A stretch of DNA of 64,000 bases from Glycera tridactyla (GCA_965644265.1 OZ286472.1:51150001-51214000), one strand, 5' to 3'; positions 1 through 14,913 are shown, counted from the first letter of the stretch. Translations and numbers: made by a program. Notes: generated by a model not told the origin, from the sequence alone.

Positions 1-715
1 CATGTATCTAACTCGTAAAACACCAGGAGTTCCCACTGATATATTGTTACTTAAGCCACCTGTGACATATTTCAGGGTATCAACTGTAGGCTCTGCATCA
101 TTTACCATGACAAATACTTGTATTATCGCTCACCGACAAATTAACATTCACAAATGACCAATAGCGATGGATATGGGTCTCAAATCAGCTAGTATTCCAG
201 TGCATCAGCATAATTGGTGGAAACGCAACTCACATAGGTCCGAAAATGCGACATCACCGCCTGAAATCCACACGGAATTTGAGATTTTCTGTTGTTTAAT
301 TTGCTGGCAATCAGTCATCAGGTATCGGGATACCTGTTGGCCAAACTGCCAGCGTCGAGAGACCCCGGTGGGGACCTCGAGTCGCGCCGCAATCCGAGAG
401 TAGGGACTGAGGCCCTCTTCAATGTCTCTGGTCCTGACCACGTGGGAAACCCTCCAACTCGTGTTTTGTAGGAAACTGCTGACCAGGATACTACTCACAA
501 ATTGGCTGATCTAGCCTTTAAACCATAACCTCTTCACAGTGACATCAGGATGGCGGAGTTGAAGCACACAGCTACTGATACAACTATGTGGTATTGATAT
601 ATACGAATTGGGACCAATGCTGCAAAGTTTCAAGAAAAGCAGGGGGATGCCCTTTGAAGATCATGAATACTCCGCCAAGTATAGCTGATGGTGCTGGGGC
701 ACTCTTTCATATACT

Positions 716-845
716 GTTGGTTGGTTGTTTCATTCACGTCCAGTGAGCACCTTCTGGGCTATATTGAGACCCTTATGCAATGGGTTTGGTGGGGATAATT
801 CAAGACTTCTCCTTCTTGGTCCTCAACAGAAGGTGGAAATTCGTG
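716..845. repeat. Dispersed ~130-bp repeat (copy 1), possibly a SINE 3' end
   Basis: ttggttggttg...gcaccttctgggctatattg...caagacttctccttcttggtcctcaacagaaggtg aligns by eye with 62723-62850. Confidence 0.6.
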
Positions 846-2639
846 AAATTCACGGGCACTTGCCTGAGTGANNNNNNNNNNNNNNNNNNNNNNNNNNNNN
901 NNNNNNNNNNNNNNNNNNNNNNNNNNNNNNNNNNNNNNNNNNNNNNNNNNNNNNNNNNNNNNNNNNNNNNNNNNNNNNNNNNNNNNNNNNNNNNNNNNNN
1001 NNNNNNNNNNNNNNNTAGGAAGAATAACTTGGGTTTGATATCCATTACAGAATATAATGTGAGGGCAATTTTCGCTGCACATGGGCCGTGGTGCTTCTTT
1101 TGCTTCCAAACATAGACTCACTGTAGGATATATCCTGAAGGTGCTAAAACAAATTCATAGATATCAATTCGCTATGTGGTCGAGCTACCTCAGAAATTTT
1201 TGCCAGGCGGATCCATATATCGTGTATGACGGATCTATCTTTGATCTGATGAGGAATTGGTATTGATGCTCGGACTCGGTTGGAAAAGTGATGATCAATT
1301 ACTCAGACTCAGCAGCGACTGATTATCGATCAAATAATCACAGTTTAGACTCACCTGGCTGACCACACAGTGCCGAAAATTTGCCACGAAATCGACACTT
1401 TGTAGCCATATTCAGGGTGATAAGCTTATTGTCAAATTATCAAACTTGCTTCAAGTAATGTGCCTGTTCTGACCATTACAGTTTTTATGTTCGTTTTACT
1501 TGTTCACTGTGAGCTTGGTAAAGGTTCCTAGAAAGCAAATGTAAAAGTTGGGGGGAAACACCGTCAAACTGTGTGTGCTTTTCTTTCTGTGACGAGGAAA
1601 CGCATATATACAAGAATACATTCACAGTTGTATCAACACTTGACTATATCAATGGTACATGAAATAATCAATAACAATATGGTGATACTCAAATTGTTTA
1701 ACTGCATGTATACATGGTGGATTTCCCTGCCCCTACAAGAGGCTATCAGTCATGACTATTACATATAATTATATATATTATTAGATACATATAAAGCGAT
1801 TGGCGTGTCAATGCAGTTTTGTGACTAAACAAATAAACATGTGAAAACTATGGAAAAACAACAGAAATATACTATTCACAAATATGTACATGGTTTGAAG
1901 GATATCAAGTTCTTTCTGTACTGACAGAATTGTTCCTCACACTGTGGGATATTAGCGTAAGTCTCAGTACAAGGATGTAATATTATATTGAGTTGACTTT
2001 TTTCATTATCTGGACAAAATCTAGGATATACGTAGGTATGTATCTCTCCTCACATTATACGGTATATGAATCATCACAGTTATTTTCAGTTAATTATATT
2101 AACTAAGCTATGACTAATTATTCATTCTTGTGTTGAGTCGGAATTGTTATTGGTGATAGTCGATATTTATGTAGGCAGATATTACTTTAAAGATCTTCCC
2201 TAATTAGTGATAACGTCTAGCTAAAGGTTCACCAATCTCTTTTACCTTTCGATCTTCTACCTGAGCATATGTACATGAGAGAATGGACGTAAATGATCTC
2301 CATTCTTCAAACTAGACTTCCACTAGACTCGCTATTACATATTCAAAGAAGCAATGCATTTGATAAACCAAGAAGCGAAATAGGCACTATTTCAAGCAGA
2401 GTGTTGGTAGAGCATTTGCACACGAATGTGCTCTGTTTTACATGACATCGAGATTTGTGTATCTGCTTAGGCAACGTAATCTGAGCCCAACATCGCAGTA
2501 GTATGACAGTAGTATGACATAGATTAGTCAATAAATTATTCTTTACACTACCATTGGCCTCATCTAATACTTGAACAATAGCAGGGTGATTATGCATGTT
2601 TTACATTTAAATTCAAATGCCCTGATGATAACTGGAACA

Positions 2640-2800
2640 ACCTGCTACATGCAAAGGGTCAACCGTCAGTCCAACCTAGTCTGTCCATTGATGATAGCTG
2701 CTTCTCGTTGGTCTTTGATCAGACGCTGGTAGAGTCAGAGTTTATGCCCAATATCGCCAAGGTTGTCCGAATTCACATTATGTGTTTTTGTGAGCCGGCT
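2640..2800 (-). mobile_element. Possible Penelope-like GIY-YIG C-terminal remnant
   Basis: Frameshifted peptides THNVNSDNLGDIGHK and REAAII resemble the H.IDWDN...REAI.I tail of Penelope-like elements. Confidence 0.3.
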
Positions 2801-2849
2801 TGAGATCCGCCTCCATTCAATCTTTTAGAGTAAAAGTCGTGAAGAACAC

Positions 2850-3500
2850 CCTGAAATGCGACCAGGCATAAGACCATCGAGATGGTGTATATCTGGGGGG
2901 GGGGGGATGTGTCACCCTTCTCAGTCAATTCACGAACCAGCAGCAGGTGTCAATGATCCACAGAATGGAGTGTTTGGCTATTCTGCTCTGTCATCATTGC
3001 TTTTTCTAGTTCCTCCGTTTGTGGACCAGTGTCTGATGTTAAGGTGTCTACGAAGTTCAATCATGGTCATTCTCTCTGTTGTTTCACGTATGTAGGCTGC
3101 CCATGTGCCATAGTATAGTTTTGGAGGCAAGCTCATTCTCTCTCCTCAGGCAGTGCCTTGCAAGCATCAGCCTTCTCCCTCTGATCCTTTTGCTTAGACT
3201 AGGCAGGTTTTGATAGAGATCTCCAATGATGACATGTTGTGTCCAGTGTACCCCTACAGCAGTTCTCAGCATTCTGGTGTAACATCCATCTATTTGTTTC
3301 CCCTGTTGTTTGCTGAGTGTCCAAGCCTCACAGCCATACAGTAGGACTGATTCTACTGTAGATCTAAATAGGCCCATTTTGGTTGATATGGGCGGAATTG
3401 AGTTCCATATTTTGGTGAGTTTGTTGCTCACCTTCCAGGCTAGAGCTTTCCTGACCTTAATGTTTGCCTCAGTGCTATCTATCCATGTTTGAAGATTTAT
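2850..3500 (-). mobile_element. 5'-truncated RTE-clade LINE, RT C-terminus
   Basis: WIDSTEANIKVRKALAWKVSNKLTKIWNS...LFRSTVESVLLYGCEAWTL...DGCYTRMLR...RIRGRRLMLARHCLR, then frameshifted FVDTLTSDTG..EELEKAM. Confidence 0.88.
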
Positions 3501-4299
3501 TGTAATTAAATGAGATTCTGGTCATTACCTGTTGATATTGGTAATATGCCATTTTGTTCATACGTGAGCAGGGTCTCCCCTTGCCACTCGTAGTATATGC
3601 CCATAGCCTGTTGATCACTGATTTTTAATGAACCATTTGATAGGACAGGATGTCCGAGTTTTTTGGATGATTGGTTAGTCTGAAGATACGTTGAAATACA
3701 AAACTTTATTTATACTCTTCTCATATAAACTAGCTAGCACGGAGAATCTCTCTTCATTTAGATAAATTCACATTATGCTCTTCAAGCAACGGCTCTGTCA
3801 ATGACAATCATGGTGGTGGGTAGCGATGGTGTGTTGATAAAAGTGATGTTGTTAATAGTGGTGATGGTGGTAAATGTGGCAGCTGGTGGGTTGCTCAATG
3901 TCTCATGCACAGGGGCAGGGATACAGAGGCCCATGTAACGCAAGTGTGGTGGTATCACTCAAAACGTCTTCTCCTGGATCCCCGCGGGAAGGTGAATTGA
4001 TATGATCGATTGATCAAGTAATGCTTAACGTCTACAAACCCAAGCAGGATAATGTGAGACAGAAAGAATGGGCCAGTCCCCAAACATATTGTCTAAACAA
4101 TACTTGGTCTTTAAAAAAGATATTAGGGCCTATTGGTAAATTGCATGAATATCATTTTCTGTAGATCTTCCGTTTTTGTTGCAAAATAATATTGCTTGAA
4201 GAAAATAGCACACCTGTCGGGAAATTACAGGTTGAATCTTATACCAGCAATTAGCATAGAAACTATTAAATCAAAATGGGAAATAAACTATTAAATTAA

Positions 4300-4900
4300 A
4301 TGGGCCTCCACAATCGACAGTCAGTCGTTCTGGACATATATTGTTAACCTTGGTGAAACAACCGATTTGAGCTTGTAACCAGTTGAGCGGGAGTCACTTT
4401 ATACCATATTTTTGTAATTTGGCAATCAATGTATTGTGATCAACTGTGTCGAAAGCTTTTTTTTTTGAGGTTCAGAAAGATCACTTCACAGGGCATACCA
4501 GTATCTATATTGTGATAAATATTATCAAGAAAATCAATCTAATAGAGGTTCACCCAGTGCTTTCATAGTGAGAAGGTCATCTTTACCGGCTTTGTTCGTT
4601 TTAATTTGTTGGATGACTATTTTAATGCAGTCTTGAGTAACTTCTGAGAGAGAAAACGTATCTGCAATAGGAAAGTCGACAGTCGACAGGTTCTAATTCA
4701 CCTAACAATGTTTTACCAATCGAACTAAAATACGAGTTTCATTGGCCATGTCGAGATCTTCTGCCTCTCCGAAAATGTCTTTATTCATACTGCTTTCTTT
4801 TGAATTCGGTCAAAATCTCCTGATGGTTTTCATGAGTTTCCGATATCATTTTGATGTTCAATTTTCAATTTCTTCGCTTCTGGCTGAATACCACTTTTCT
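4300..4900 (-). mobile_element. CR1/L2-type LINE reverse-transcriptase fragment, decayed
   Basis: FSLSEVTQDCIKIVIQQIKTNKAG and IDTGMPCEVIFLNLKK/AFDTVDHNTLIAKLQKYGIK.LPLNW (RT LDL.KAFD motif); a poly-A slippage frameshift interrupts it. Confidence 0.85.
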
Positions 4901-7559
4901 TTTTGCAACATTCTCCACTAGGATATACTTGGCATAAACCTTTCTTTGGAGAACAAAATTCCAACACCATCACAAGTGATAAGGCCGATCAAGTAGTCCC
5001 TAGATCAGGGTACTCTGAGACAAGGTCACATTGAGTGATGCGTCACAGCCAGGGTGGGTAAGTCAACAANNNNNNNNNNNNNNNNNNNNNNNNNNNNNNN
5101 NNNNNNNNNNNNNNNNNNNNNNNNNNNNNNNNNNNNNNNNNNNNNNNNNNNNNNNNNNNNNNNNNNNNNNNNNNNNNNNNNNNNNNNNNNNNNNNNNATC
5201 CAATCCATCCATTCATTCATTTATATGATTCTTTATTCAAAAATCATGAAATGTTCTCAGCAACATCATACTGATAAAGGAATGAGGGTAATTAGAGTTG
5301 TAAAAGTAGCGAGAAAATTGAGTTATCCCCCCTCATAAAACTGTCCTGGAGGTGGCCAGGAGACAGGAAGGACCTGTTTATCCAAGTTGGGTGATAGTAA
5401 TCCAACTCTTGCCACCAATTACACCAATCACGAGGGGACTACTTTCGCTCTTTGAAGTGAGTGTGCTGCTGCAACGAAAGGTTGACGCCAAGTATATATG
5501 TCTTAATTCACTGGCTTTTTTCTCTCTCTGAAATATGTTTGCCCCCTTGTACTCACTTGCTAGCCGTTTTTTGTTTCCTCATTGCCTGGGCGCTGGATCA
5601 TTCCCCATAGTGACAATGCTCCTGATTGGTTATTTTTCACTACAGTGCCAGCAGCATAAAATCAAGGTCAGGCGAATCCCAGGTACGGCTGGTCACCTCA
5701 ATTGTCCATCCTGCCCATAGGAGGTGCTCATCACCTTCTCCAGTTTTTCTTTGGTCTGGGTCTGCCATGTCACCTGGGAAAACACATTGGGTGATATTAT
5801 GGATGTGTATTTGACCAGCTTTCACCACTGATGGATAGGTAGATGTATTTTGTCAGCTGGTGTCACGTCACTCCAAACGTTGTGACACATCAAGCTGAAA
5901 GAATTTCTTTCTGATTAAACCAACAAGACTGTTTATTGTTACTACCGGTATATATGTTTTGTGATTTGCCCGCGAACAAATGAGTGAGGAAACCAACGAT
6001 GAGTGTCTGTACGGGCATTATTTCATTTCATGATTGAATCAAAAACACATTGTGCATCACATGGGGGTGGTGGTGACTCAACCTCAATTGGAAAAGGTGA
6101 TTCCATGGTCCTCAAGACAGTATCAATTAGACGTCAAGGAGTTGGTTGGCTCTTTGTTTCACGTTCTGAGAGCACCATCTATGCTTTACTGAGATCCCCA
6201 TGCTCGGCATGATCGGGATCATCCAAAACTGTTCCTCCTGGGTCCCCAACAACTTGAAAATCCATGAAATTCATCGACACTCAAGGTGTCATTTCTGGTA
6301 TGTAGCTATTCAATCATTATTCATTCACCATCCTTCCCTCCTGAAGGACCGCTCAACAGTTTTATACTGCTCGTGGATTGCCATACTGGTAACTGAATTC
6401 ACCATCTACAATCTGTGTCTTCCCAGTTCAAACAAAACACGGTACAATAAAGGTATACTTTCCAAGAAATTGGTTGTATTTATTTGAAAGATTCAGTATT
6501 ATACACATACTACAGACACAGAATAGGAGGAGGCCAATATTGTGGTTACAATGCACTATGTCAAATGTCTACTGTAGGTCCATAAAGTTGTTCTTTACTT
6601 GTCACTGAGTAACTAAACAGTTTATGAAAAGGTTCCAGGTTCAGAGCATCACAATATTTATTGCAGGAATAAGCTCCCCCCCCCCCCATTCATCAATGAA
6701 ACAGCATCACATGCTTAGCTGCATCAGCTTCACTCTTGCTTCTGTCTATCAAATGCATCCTAAAGAACACCTACGTAATAATTTCAAAGTTACATGTCAT
6801 AATTGACATTCACAGCAACATGGACTGATGTATCTGTGGGCATGTATGTTTTACAAAAGTTTGGGCTAAGCAAGCCAGTGGCCACTGAAAGACATAATCG
6901 TGAAGCAGGCGTACATGTAGTGATATTTCATCCATCAAATGATATCTTGAAGCACCTAATGTCAAACAGAAAGGGTCACCAAATCCATTTCCAGAATTTC
7001 TAGTTTCTTGAGAAATGCACCGAGCAATTCTTGATAATTCGAAAAGGAAAAAATATACGTTCACATTCTGACTGTTATCAATGCATATTTTAGCATTTCA
7101 TGTGAGACATGGTCCCACGAATGATGATCCCAGAAATTCCAAATCTTTGTTGTCTACATGAATTCACAAACCCGCTAGTAAAACCCAGATGCTCAACTCA
7201 GGTGCAATCAAGTCCCCTGATGTTTGTTGGCAACTATTAAGTATCACAGTCCAATCATTCAAAACTCCATTGCACCTTTCTCCAGCTAACTCTTCCTTCT
7301 CATTTATCTGAGAGATGGTAAAGGTCACCAGGACCTACCTAAAATTGGCAGAGGGCTAGCCACTATATGTCAGTGAAAACATACCTCAAAATCCCCATTT
7401 AATTTGCAGGCACTAGTTCAGAATCGTTGAAGAAGACCAACTATCAATGAAAACTTCCATCACCATTCCACCACCCTTGATAATTAAGGAATTCCTGTTC
7501 TCTTATAATTATAATGTGAGGATCAATCAATATGCTGAATACACCTAGGCCACAATCCT

Positions 7560-7870
7560 ACGGAAGCTTTTCAGCACTACATTTATTTAGAATGTGATGC
7601 ACAGTAGCATTTTATTGAAGAGGGGCCATAGCACATCACTAGTACCAATCCAACATGGAATGATCCGGGTCAAAATGGCTTACCTTCTAATTCAACAAGA
7701 TTTGGAGGAATGGTATTTGTTATGAATACAAAACTATGACATTCGTGAAACTTGAGGAGAAGTGATGGTTTCTGCCAGGAATGTCCTCACCTTCAACTAT
7801 GTCAAATGCAGTACCTAAGTCAAGATACTACTCATGTGCTGGATTGCTTGACACGAGAACACTGTAATAG
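7560..7870 (-). mobile_element. Decayed L2/CR1-like RT remnant
   Basis: YLDLGTAFDIV and TVHHILNK peptides amid multiple stops. Confidence 0.35.
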
Positions 7871-8329
7871 GCAAACCTCCTATGAATCATTCATCATCAT
7901 GCGTATATAACTATATACAAACTGCAACCTTTCTTGCCATGAACAGTAAAATAATTTAGCGAAATTCTGGTAATATCCAATAGTAAAAACATAATACATG
8001 TACCTAAAAACTGTACAACTGTACACCTATCATACAGACATTGGTTTGCTGGTATAGTACCCATTCTTCTGAGGAACACAGTCTGACTGCTGCAGATTTT
8101 GATGAAAATCAATTTTGGGCCTGTGAAATACCATTTGGTGATTTTGATTGTTTGTTTGAGGTTTAACAGCATGTATCAACCCTAGGTTTAAGTATGCCCT
8201 GTGTTCCTGATTACCATTTGGTGATTCTTATCTATTTCATGACAATATTTATATAGTAAGTTACCTATACCAGTAATCAATATTTTTCAACTTGTGGCAG
8301 TGATTTAATTTCATGCTGGTGGATAGTTC

Positions 8330-8480
8330 CCTAATTTGAATGTTGTCGCCCGTCTCTTCCCATGAACCAGTCAATAACACAAGAACTCAATCCCAATCAA
8401 TGGTGGCAGTCCTAGCAATTTCATGAATGATATGGTTGCTTCACTTAGCACCAATGCAGCATCTGGTGTTTCTGGAATTT
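8330..8480 (-). mobile_element. Possible Penelope-like endonuclease tail remnant
   Basis: HIIHEIARTATIDWD.VLVL...IQIREL resembles the IDWD...I.IR tail motif. Confidence 0.3.
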
Positions 8481-11184
8481 TGGTACTCACACTGCTTTAG
8501 TTCTAGACAATAATCTAGAGGGGTTACAGTACTTCTAAAGCAAGCACTATCATTGATTTGCAGTGAAATAGGCTAGATGTACTTCAAAAACCCAACATCA
8601 CAAGTACATTGACATTTCCAGAGATGGAAACCATTATTCTTGCCCCCAAATCGTGTAGTGTCTATCACCAATAGAAAGTTTAACATTAAAATCACGGATA
8701 CTGGGAGTGGACAGTTCTGCTTCATTTGTACAGGCATTCAAGTGGACCATAATAATGAATGCATTCAAGTGCGCAATGTCTTAAGTTAGCAAGAAGTTCT
8801 TTATATACAGACAGATCAATGTACACACACTTAACTATATACATATGCCATGCATGACTACATATATATCACATCTTTATACCACAGGTGAGTCCATGTC
8901 TATGAAATACATGTTCCTAAAGAGCGAGACAATGTCTGTATATCATACTGGTTATTTGGGAGGCAATAAAGGAAAAGACCCTGTGATTATGAAACTGCAG
9001 TTCAACTGGTATTTATGGTTGTTTGGCTGGTTGGCATTCAATGGCATGTATCAACCCAAAAGATTACAAACTTAATGTGTTCCTGATCTTCGATAGCTGG
9101 ATGCTCTGTCCCTTGCAGGCATCGCTCTCACAAACTCTAAACACAAATGATGATGGCCCAAAATGGTGGAAGCAAAGTGCTGCCTTGGTATTTCATATAA
9201 CCATAAATTCTAATCCACATACTGACTTGATGTATTATCTTGATGGCCGAATGGTCCGTAACCAAACTGAATGAAAGCAAAATGTCTATCTAGCTCATGC
9301 ATCAGATACTTTCAAAATGCTTTATAGTCAAGGGTCCATTTCACACCTTGCACAGAACTACTTTTTTGACAGCCATCATATGATATACAGATAAAATCTC
9401 ACATAATTCTTAACTGTGTAAAACTCACACCTCTGTGATATAAAGTTATTCATGAAAATCAATACAAAACCATGGCCCAAGTGACAACAAGAGGATGCAA
9501 TTCCCATCTTGGGAATGGCTTAATATACACAAGGCAGCATCTCGTATTGTACATGAAAGAAAAACGCATCATCTGAAGACAGGAATCTCAAGTATTCTCC
9601 TCTGACTAGTATTAGTATGAATTTGAACAAGCCGTCACTGTTACATATAAAAGGCCATTAGCTGTACTGAACTCTGCCCACTTCTGCCTGCCTCCTCACA
9701 TCCAGAGATGGAGCCTTCCTTCAACCATCACCATCAGGATGGGTGTTTATCAATGCGCCCCGGCAGGCTTTAGTGAGCATGAAGCTCGGTAACAAACTAA
9801 ACTCCTGGTCAAGCTAAAGCATTAATCATAAGATAGGACTCCTTGCTCTCATCTCCCACGCTTACTCTTATATTTCTTCAAACCTTATTCTCTATACCAC
9901 TTCATCTCCTTCCATACAACATATCTCCAGAGAACTGAATCTCATGAGCATAATGTCTACTGAGTTTCCATGAAAACACAACTAAACCCATCAAAAAGGC
10001 AAAAATCATGATAATCAATATTTTGCAAGAGAGATTTATCATCCATTGCACCTTCTTATCTTGCATAAACACATGAATCTGAAATTCGAATACATATAGT
10101 TATGAGTCTGCAATGAAAATAAACATTTTGCCAGCTTTAAAGATATCCCACACCACCCTCCTTACTTACCGGTACTGAATTACAGCACAATCATAGCATG
10201 AAGTTTTCTACACAATGGAAATATTCCACAAGTTCTCCTCCTGAGATAAACCCTCATGGCCAAAACTGGGCTGTGTGTGCCAATGTTGAGTATCTGAATC
10301 GACTGACTCGAGAGAATGAAGTACCAAGGCGATGGACAGAATAATGATATGTATACAAACAAGCATCTACATCCCGTCTTATCATACCTCTTATAGTGGT
10401 CAGCTTTGCCAAATATCATTGCAAATATATGACAAAATGTCATCATTCACCTAAGATATACTTCATTCTGGTGAAATGTAATAAATGAAGTTTACAACAG
10501 GTGCACCTGACTTGTATGTAGAAACTGACGGAGAAAGGGCATCTCTTCAAAAGACTCCCCTAAATAGCTTGACTCAATATTGAAAATTCTTTTTGATTTG
10601 GGGGCTTTGTGACCCCTGATAGGACTGAATAGGGGCACCTGATCAATGTGTGAAATGCCTCCATGGTGAAGATGCAAGCTGGCAGCCATAGCTAGCCAGG
10701 AGAAAGGCACCAACTCTGTGGCAGGATATTAGATCAAAAACAAGGCGAGATGACTGAATGTGAAAAGTTAGGCGTTCCAATACCAATTGATATGTCAACT
10801 GATGAGAGAAAAATCAAAGAAGAATCACAGAAACATATTCAAGAATAGACTGTTGGCCAGTATGCAATAAAGTACCCAGCATGCCTGAGATCACAAAATG
10901 AAGTTTAATACATCCACACAGGAGCAGTATTCATATAATGATTGCCCAATGAATAATTTGTTGATATGACTTGAACACAAATCTGAAAATTATTCTCTTA
11001 TCAGATTACAAATGAGGCCTTAAGTGACTATTCTTGCAAAAGCAATGATGCAGCACAGAAACAAATTATATGAATGTTATTGACTCAACAAAGCACGATG
11101 GTCAAGAACAAAACAAACAGTAGGTGGGGAGAAACAAGTATTCATTTGCCTGCAGAAACACACGCACGCACGCACGCATGCACG

Positions 11185-11220
<36 letters not shown>

Positions 11221-12929
11221 AAACTTTGGTTGATAAAACTGCAGGTGAACGAAAGTCAATTTCAATTCAGTGTCACATCGACAAATGACCTCTGAAGGTC
11301 GAGACAAGGCATGCTTTACTCCAGCAGTTACGCACATCACAAATACAGGAAGCGAGTGTCCGGAGTCATATCGGGCATGATGCATCATCAACAGATCCAG
11401 TACAGTATCCCACGCCAATGAGGTAGCAAGTGCCACTTCAAGAAGTGATACCTGAAACATTTTCATCCTGAGGTTGCACAATTCATCTCAATGAAATGAA
11501 CTTCACCTACAAAATCAGCTTGAAGTATCATACTCATAATTGAAAAAAAGGGCTCTGCATTCCATTCTTCTCGAGTAATGAATATTCTTTATTGGCCAGA
11601 ATTCCACATTTTAGGCACTACAAATAAAGATACTACATGTATGTACTTATGAGAATAGGCAGCAATTCTATATCCGTTCATCAAAGTTCTTGACGATGAA
11701 TTTCCATGACAAAATGCTGTTGACAACCTGATTATTATGGGAACATAAAGACATATTTCAGCATATCCAGCATCATTCCTGGCACATTTGATTCAAAGTT
11801 GGATGTCATACACATTGTATCAATCACAAGTTACACCCATTCTAAACTCACTGAGCTCATACATGTTGCTGGAATCCCACAGCAATATTGGGTAGTAGAA
11901 AACTAAATGTTTCTTTCTACTTCACCGAAATATCTGTCTACTTATCACAAGTAGAAATCTGTCTCACAATAGAGATTACATGGGGTATCCCCATCGATCC
12001 TTACAAAATTCAACAAATCGTTTTGGGGAATCCACAGAAATGTTCAAAATATCAAATGATGAATTCACAGAAACGTGAGAACACCCTGCAGTATTGGCAG
12101 GATATCTTCTCCGTCTCATGACAATCACTCCAGAGGCAAAAGGCTCATCCTATCATGATTGCAAGCACAACATTCAAAATATAAGATTCACATTACATGA
12201 TCATCATTGATTGGCAGGTGCAGAGATATACCATTATGATTGGGCAGAATTATACGGAATTCTCCATGTTGATTTTGTATCCTGGGTCAAAATGACCCTT
12301 CAAGACTCGGTGATTGCAGAAATGTTTCAATCGTGAGATGAAGGATAAAATACAGAAAGCTAGTGTGGCAGAAATTGTACTGTTCCACATATTAGCTAAA
12401 AAATTCAAATCAACATTACACATATGGACTCATGCAAATGGTGCAGGGACATTCAAAACACCACCTTAATTATATGGTTCCATAAGCTCGAGAAAATCAA
12501 TTAGATATTATTCCATGATTCCTGTACAAAACTGTTTTGTTGCTCTCCGGTTCATCTGGACTGCTATTCAAATCAGTTCACATAACATGATATAAACTGC
12601 ATAAAAACAGCAACAGAGATTGTTGACAGTTCTTCCTCTTTAGGTCAACAGAATTTGACCCAAAGCATTTATGGATGCAAACAAATGTAGTTTTAACTAA
12701 ACTTGTTCTAAAGGTCAGTGCACAGTGGGGCGGTCGCTATGTGCAGACATGTTTTATAGTCACAAAATACTTCATAACACAGATTTCATATTTGCATACC
12801 AATTGCTCATTTGCATGCATAATTGGATGACTTTGAATACATAATTGAAATGGTACCACCCTAAAGCATGAGCAATACACATATACAGTTGATGAACAAT
12901 AATTTAAATAACAAAATATCACATATAGA

Positions 12930-13180
12930 ACATCAATTATAAGAAGGCCTGGGTCTCCTTTCATAAGTTTGATAATTCGTGCCACAGATGTGTGATTATC
13001 CATGGGAGATGAGGTTGCGTATGACCATTATCTCCCACATCCAGCAATGCTGTGAGTCAAATAACATCCATGGTATAAAAGCAAGAAACCATACCTGTGA
13101 AAGATATCATATACCTGATCAGGTTGTCATTAAAGATCACTCAATTAATCAATTGAGCAATGAATGGGATTCATGAAGGA
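12930..13180 (+). mobile_element. Decayed CR1-like RT remnant
   Basis: PLSPTS and IISHIQQCCESNNIH...HTCE resemble RPISLTS...HLE.NN.L...SCE. Confidence 0.3.
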
Positions 13181-13973
13181 ATATCTCCTGATCATTGGCC
13201 CCATGAATTCCCACTAAAATCCCAATTTGCTGTGTACAAGTTGTGTCTTGCAAACGCATGGTTTCTCACTATCATCATGTAATATAACACACTTTCTGTG
13301 TCAGCACATTCATCAAACAAAACAAATGGCTCTTTGGTTATTGGTTCCCAGCCATAATGGTACATATTTATTTTGGCAGTTTTACTCAGGTCATTCTGAT
13401 ACAAATGCACCACTACTATCAATCCTATATTTGAAAGTCCCGATCAATCTCACCTCATAGAAACTATGTTGATTCCATTCTATTTCAATACTGCCACAAA
13501 ACATCCATTTACTCAGATCTGAGCACCAATATATTACTGATCAGTCTACATATCAATGGAAATCATTAGTGAAAGAGTGCATCTGAACAGGTTCATGAAA
13601 AAGCAGAAGTGACACCTATTGGCAGGGCCATAAACTATGTGATGGAGACCTAAACATCACAGAGTGGCCAGTAACGGAGATGCCTGTTACTGTGTACACA
13701 CTGGCGGTTCAAAATCAGATAGACACTGCAAATCTAATATCTCAATCAGAGGTGCACCTACTGGGCGGCTGAAACACTCATATCAAGTGAAAATGGATCC
13801 TGTTTTTCCTCTTTCAACTGCAGGGTCATTTCAGTGAAGACCAGAGTGTCAATGACACCGAAGCTCATCTGACCCTGCATCTGTGATATGCAAACTAACA
13901 CTGATTGCAGAATTTGAAAAGTGACCCAATCGGCCTAATTACCAAGTTGTCAACAAGAATTACCCACAAAATA

Positions 13974-14104
13974 CAGTCCAACCTCTCTATAAAGACCGCC
14001 TTCAGTCGCATCAGAAAGTGGTCTTTAGAGGGAGGTGGTCTTTATCGGGAGGACATTTACTGTAGAAAATACTACCACCATGGTCTTTAGAGGACGTTCG
14101 ACTG
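13974..14104. mobile_element. TA-flanked CAGT...ACTG MITE (Tc1/mariner-type), subfamily A, internally deleted
   Basis: ta|cagtccaacc...cgttcgactg|ta with aggtggtctttat motifs shared with 55071-55248. Confidence 0.75.
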
Positions 14105-14256
14105 TATAACCAGGTTGGGTGCACAATGCTTAGTTCTAAGCAATCCAAGGCATGAATTACAAAAGGTTTGCATACACACAGCTCATTGAGAAGGACAGAC
14201 ACACCAGGGCTCCATGTTGGCCGAATATTTGAAGGCCAGCTGATCCCAAGTTGTTA

Positions 14257-14418
14257 CAGTGAAACCCCCTGATTAGAGACCGCCTCCTACGCAAGACTAC
14301 TTTTGCAGGGCAGCTTTTCTATTTGACATAGTCAAATATACCTGTGATGAGAGACCACTTCTTTCGACAGACCACTTTTTATTGATATCTAGGGTGGTCT
14401 CTCGTCACAGGTTCCACT
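14257..14418. mobile_element. CAGT MITE subfamily B, diverged
   Basis: cagtgaaacc start; internal ctatttgacatagtcaaatatacc shared with 16181-16358. Confidence 0.7.
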
Positions 14419-14503
14419 ATCATTGGTAGCAATTGCCAAATATTGGTGGGCTGTCAATACATATTCAATTACAAACTCTGAAATTGTTAGTGGCCATTGG
14501 GTA

Positions 14504-14680
14504 CAGTAAAACCTGTCTTGGGAGACCACCCAAAGCGCCAATGAAAAGTGGTCTCTCAAGACAGGTGGTCTCTCATCGGAGGTATATTTGACTATGTCAA
14601 ACAGAAAAGAGCCGATAGAGAGCGGTCTTCCATTAGAGGGTGGTCTCCCAAGAGAGGGTCTCCCAAGACAGGTTTCACTG
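14504..14680. mobile_element. CAGT MITE subfamily B
   Basis: ta|cagtaaaacctgtcttgggagacc...ggtctcccaagacaggtttcactg|ta; long TIRs. Confidence 0.9.
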
Positions 14681-14723
14681 TACTATCTTTTATGATAGTG
14701 TAGCCATTTGGTACCCACAGGTA

Positions 14724-14725
<2 letters not shown>

Positions 14726-14792
<67 letters not shown>

Positions 14793-14841
14793 AACACACA
14801 CACATGCATACACACCTACAGGCACAGGCACAAATGTATGT

Positions 14842-14910
<69 letters not shown>
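14726..14910. repeat. Compound (CA)n microsatellite; other CA/TG tracts at 11158-11219, 21509-21535 and 59039-59128
   Basis: Directly visible. Confidence 0.97.

Positions 14911-14913
<3 letters not shown>

Noticed and set aside
1-1121. ORFs 167-403, 205-498 and those spanning the N gap
   Set aside because: No recognisable motif in any frame; the lengths of the gap-spanning ORFs are inflated by Ns
5640-9900. Faint LINE-tail-like peptides (HGRPRPKKNWRR at ~5730; region 9500-9900)
   Set aside because: Too degenerate to assign by eye
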